Source: Octopus vulgaris (Eukaryota). From it: DNA of 64,000 nucleotides. The stretch covers positions 77,314,001 through 77,378,000 of the forward strand of contig OX597814.1 in NCBI GenBank assembly GCA_951406725.2, in the 5' to 3' direction. The notes under the pieces are model-generated. The model was given only the letters and a program-made list of their open reading frames with translations, was not told where the DNA came from and did not search any database. Shown piece after piece: positions 60,624-64,000 of this stretch; within the stretch, counting starts at the first letter, position 1, and every line of letters starts with the position of its first letter. Position numbers and translations under genes: made by a program.

Positions 60624-63600
60624 CCCCATCCACTCGCTACCTTTCATCTGCGTTTTGAGAAATTTGCTGCCTTTTGTTGAGAGAGTTCGAATTTTTGCTC
60701 ATCGTTGTTTGTGTTAATTGTTATTTGAACAGTGCCCGTTGTGTAACGGTAATTTTCGCCCTACGGGGCAGAAAATTCTGTATTTAAAATTGTTATTACC
60801 TTCGAGGTAATTTTTGAAACATTTTTTGAGAAATGGATTTCGACTTGGCGTCGAAGAATGATTTTCCCGCGATGGGAACAAGTGAATTAAAGGACACGGA
60901 AGTAACAAAACAGTCTTTTCGGCCGCGGTAGGCGGAACCATGATGGACGTTGAATTCAAGATCGAACAACTGTTCGAATTTAGGAACTTGGTGAAAATGG
61001 AAGGAAACGAAATCAAACTTGTACCGCCGCAGGCGAAGGTACAAGAAATAAAGGAGAAAACAGTTATATATAAAGTGTATAGCTACAAAGAAAAGAAAAT
61101 TATGGACGTCAGAAACGAAATGGTCGAAAAGTGCTTGTCCCCGGTGTGGGACAAAATTCGCCATGTCGTTCGAGGTGCTCGCAGCGCTACTGTTGAAGCA
61201 CATTTTGACTCGGCTGAGGTAGCAAGAGAGGTGTCATCATTGACCCTGAAAAATGATGAGATCATGCTGCTACCCTCGTACATGGGAAAAAGAACAGCGA
61301 AACTGCTGGTAGAGGACATACCGAGAGGGTACGATATAATGTGGGTAGCAGCGGCGGTCCTGCACAATATAGAGCGGGAAATTTCGATTCTGCAGATGAG
61401 AAGGAAAGAGGAGGTACGCTGGAAGGGACAGACGCTGGAACTCCTCGTCCAGGCAGAAAACAAGATATTAGAGAACCTGCCCGATAGGATATTCAACGAA
61501 GATGGAACATCCATGAGAGTATCAGTGGAGGGGCGCAGACCTAGATGTTTTAAATGTGGAGAGAAGGGTCACGTCCGCTCGAACTGCATAAAAAAGAAGA
61601 AAACCAACGAAGCCCCTCCTCAAAGTGCTTCAAACACTGAAGGGGAGAAGGCAGAAAAGGATAACAAGACGACGACAAGCATAGAAACAGAAACGGATTG
61701 TACCGAACAAATGGACTACACACAGGTGACACACAAAAGAAAAAAGACAACACCCTGGACTCCCCTCCCCAAACAAGGAAAAAATCAGCAAGCACCGCAG
61801 ACATACACACAAAGCAAATCCCCCAGCCCTACCCCCATGGCACTGTATTCATTGGGAAACAGTTCGCCAAGCCCCTCCCCATAAAACAAGATGTGAAAAA
61901 GTCTTTAAAAAAAATGATAAGATCATTGCTTTTGATGAAAAAAACGAAAGGGTATATAAATACTATAAATTTTCAAAATTTAAATTATATAGCAAGGCTA
62001 CAGACATAAAAGCAACCATTCGCTTCGCAAAAATAAAGGAAGACGAGTGGAAGGAGGAAGTTCTACAAGAACATCTAAAGAATAGACTGATTAGAGATGT
62101 AACAAAAGAAGTTCTGGAGGGTAAACTCGTTATAACCCCGGCAACCACACCAACCCAGAGCCCGGCGGCAACGCCGGTTAAGAGCCTTGCAGCTACGACC
62201 TCAAGGGAGGAAGAAGGGGAAGCGGGCAGATTTAAACTGTCATGCTCCCTTTCTCAACCGTAAGTTCATTTATTTTTCTCTCACCGACAATGGCTAAGCT
62301 GGGTTGTGTGAATGTACGTGGAATGGGGTCGAAACGGAAACAAATTTGTTTCCTGAACGACCTCACGACACATGGAGTAGACATAGCTATTGCAACCGAG
62401 TCCAAGATGAACGAGGCCCAAGCGTTCTCGCCTCTTCTAAATGGGTTCGAGAAATTTATTTCTCCTAGCCGAGGAAGAGGCAGAGGCGTGGCAGTCCTTA
62501 TCAGGAAGAGCTTGGACTTGCAGGTAAGTACTGTCTTTCTGGACCCAGAAGGCAGGCTGGTTGTTCTGGATGTGACCCACGTAAGTAAACAGTCCTTCAG
62601 GTTGGTAGCTGTCTACGCTCCGAACGAGGGTAAACAGACGGGTTTTTTTCGGAACCTGGAGCCCTTTTTAGCGACGTCGAAAACGGTAATCCTAGTAGGG
62701 GACTTTAACACTGTCCTTGAAGCGCGGGTCGACAGTGTTGGCTCAACCAATAGGAAGGGGAACCCTAGCCTCAAGGGTCTACTAGAGAGCTTTGATCTAG
62801 TGGACCGTTACCGACTGGATGAGCCGAGCGTTCCACAGTGGACGTGGAGTAACAACGACGGCTCACACAGATCGTATCTAGATAGGATATTTATTAAGAA
62901 AAGAGATAAGGATACATTTAGTTGTCCACAGTTTCACATTGTGCCTTACACGGATCACAAATTTGTGACGTGTAGGATGCAATTAGACAAGTGTCATAGA
63001 CAGGGACCCGGGTACTGGAAGCTGAACAAGGCTATTTTGAATTGTGAAGACTTCCGTACCCGGATTAAGGTGTTAGTACAGAGGGCATTGTGTGGCACCA
63101 TCATTAACAATAGATGGTGGCACTCCCTCAAAAGAGCCATTCGTTCAGAGTCCATTAGATTTAGCAATCAGCTAAGGATAGATAGATAGATAGAGGACGA
63201 TTTAGTTAAGAATCTAAACGAGGCAATGGAAGCTGGCTCTGCATCCGGAGTGATGGCGGCAAGGACGGTATTGTACCGTCACCTTAACTCCAAACACGAA
63301 GGTTGCAGAGTCAGAGCTAAGCTACGCGCTGGGAAACGAGAAGGTATTAACGTTGCCGGATGGGCCCGTCGAGTGGAGAGTCAGAGAGGTAACAAAGCCT
63401 CAATCAAGTCTTTAACTGACGAACAGGGACAAAAGATCTATGGACAGGAGGAGATGCAAAAGTTTCTTCACCAGCATTTCGCCCGCGTGTTCGGGGGTGG
63501 TGTGGCGCCGGAGCGGGGGAGGACCTTAAAGGACTTCCTGGCCGGCGGACCGCGGCTCTCGGGGCGTGAGGTGGAGTGCTGTGAAGAAGCGATCACTCCC

Positions 63601-64000
63601 GCGGAGATAGAGGGGATACTGGCCGGATGCGCCGGGGAGAAGTCGCCGGGGTTGGATGGTCTGCCCTACGAGTTTTACCAAAGTATGCCAGACTTGTTCG
63701 GGGGAATATTGGCAGGCGTCTACACGAACTGGCAGCAGAATGGGAGAATTCCCAGTTCTGTAAGCCGGGGAGTGGTGACGCTAATCCAGAAAGACCCGAG
63801 CAAGGGGGATAATATTAGTAACTACAGGCCCATAACTCTACTTAATGTAGAGTTAAAGATTCTGGCCAAGGTGTTGGCAAAAAGGTTGACGGTTGTCGTG
63901 GAGAAACTTGTAGGGAGAGCACAGACATGTGCAATTCCAGGCAGGTCGATCCAGGACAACCTTCACCTTATACGCTACACCTTAGATAGGGTGGGTAAAT
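60624..64000 (+). mobile_element. Tx1 tandem copy 3 (runs off the window)
   Basis: Same 5' junction. ORF1 starts at about 60833 with a 1-nt deletion near 60915. EN spans 62290-63189; the RT part from 63226 is open to the window end. Confidence 0.92.
62290..63189 (+). CDS. Tx1 ORF2 endonuclease, copy 3
   Basis: Same protein as copies 1 and 2. The TAG is in frame with the downstream RT part. Confidence 0.88.
   Translation: MAKLGCVNVRGMGSKRKQICFLNDLTTHGVDIAIATESKMNEAQAFSPLLNGFEKFISPSRGRGRGVAVLIRKSLDLQVSTVFLDPEGRLVVLDVTHVSKQSFRLVAVYAPNEGKQTGFFRNLEPFLATSKTVILVGDFNTVLEARVDSVGSTNRKGNPSLKGLLESFDLVDRYRLDEPSVPQWTWSNNDGSHRSYLDRIFIKKRDKDTFSCPQFHIVPYTDHKFVTCRMQLDKCHRQGPGYWKLNKAILNCEDFRTRIKVLVQRALCGTIINNRWWHSLKRAIRSESIRFSNQLRIDR

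Overview
Repeat-rich, AT-rich eukaryotic (animal) genomic DNA. The SINE/RTE content and very long (TA)n tracts suggest a coleoid cephalopod such as Octopus; this is an inference. The only clear host genes are two intronless, minus-strand phospholipid scramblase (PLSCR family) paralogues at 20.7-21.6 kb and 25.9-27.0 kb. The rest is mostly transposon-derived: RTE and CR1-group LINE fragments, tRNA-derived SINEs, two mariner relics, a Chapaev-like transposase relic, a decayed Gypsy element with a tRNA-Trp PBS, and five non-autonomous Helitrons, three of them in a 2-kb tandem array. The most unusual features are three. (1) A head-to-tail array of at least 3 near-identical 5.3-kb Tx1/L1-clade LINEs begins exactly 30 bp downstream of a TATA box, and every copy has ORF2 interrupted at a variable (GATA)n/TAG site. 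(2) A tRNA-headed SINE carrying a Penelope-type minimal hammerhead ribozyme is inserted as an inverted dimer inside a 14-bp target-site duplication. (3) A Gypsy-derived element has a 177-bp LTR-like segment that is one near-perfect nested palindrome, followed by a perfect tRNA-Leu PBS.
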